A DNA stretch of 64,000 bases from Elusimicrobiota bacterium (lineage in GTDB: Bacteria > Elusimicrobiota > Elusimicrobia > UBA1565). The DNA is taken from assembly GCA_016212885.1 (NCBI GenBank), contig JACRDO010000016.1, positions 8,255-72,254 on the forward strand, in the 5' to 3' direction. Position 1 is the stretch's first letter; every line of letters begins with the position of its first letter. Below the pieces are notes generated by a model, which did no database searches, had not been told where the DNA came from, and saw only the letters and a list, made by a program, of their open reading frames with translations. Of the stretch, positions 63,975-64,000 are shown one piece after another. A program made the translations under genes and the position numbers.

Positions 63975-64000
63975 GTCCAGGCCGGGGACCCAGGCGCCGT

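Noticed and set aside
1-64000. tRNA, rRNA or other classical RNA genes
   Set aside because: By eye I found no cloverleaf-like or rRNA-like sequences in the few intergenic regions. This is not an exhaustive covariance search.

Overview
High-G+C bacterial chromosomal window. All genes run on the minus strand except a three-gene plus-strand block at 9.7-13.6 kb.

(1) 1-22.5 kb holds housekeeping and envelope genes:
- a partial LolA-like gene that is not in the ORF track
- pdxA, a SurA-like chaperone and a parvulin lipoprotein
- mfd, hemC and hemA
- a GT39/ArnT-like glycosyltransferase overlapping a B12-radical-SAM gene
- alr, a class A PBP, ddl, mnmA and small lipoproteins

The convergent alr/PBP spacer is low-GC. 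It holds an intact 2,681-bp IS66-family element with 22-bp perfect inverted repeats and an 8-bp GTGAATTA target duplication. The element carries a translationally coupled DUF4338 (DruA-like) passenger gene.

(2) 21.8-28.1 kb is an isolated, stripped-down flagellar-type rotor-stator cassette: a mini-FliF/FliG(M+C)/TPR fusion protein, a 594-aa coiled-coil protein, flbD, motA, motB and a motB-coupled lipoprotein. No export-apparatus, rod, hook, switch (fliM/N) or filament genes are in the window.

(3) 28.5-64 kb holds a PorV/PorQ-like outer-membrane beta-barrel fused to TPR repeats, followed by one uninterrupted ORF of at least 11,203 codons that is still open at the window edge. This ORF is built from four successive families of beta-sandwich repeat modules and ends in two FN3 domains and a FlgD-Ig/T9SS-type C-terminal sorting domain.

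The intergenic regions carry a family of GC-hairpin + TTTTGGAAACAT modules, GGGACGTCCC-centred hairpin arrays and a perfect consensus sigma70 promoter.

My best candidate for an undescribed system is the combination of the giant CTD-bearing adhesin, its PorV-like partner and the orphan rotor-stator cassette. This layout parallels the SprB/SprF plus proton-motor arrangement used in gliding and secretion, but with flagellar-type parts. All domain calls are by-eye motif recognition; no searches were run.
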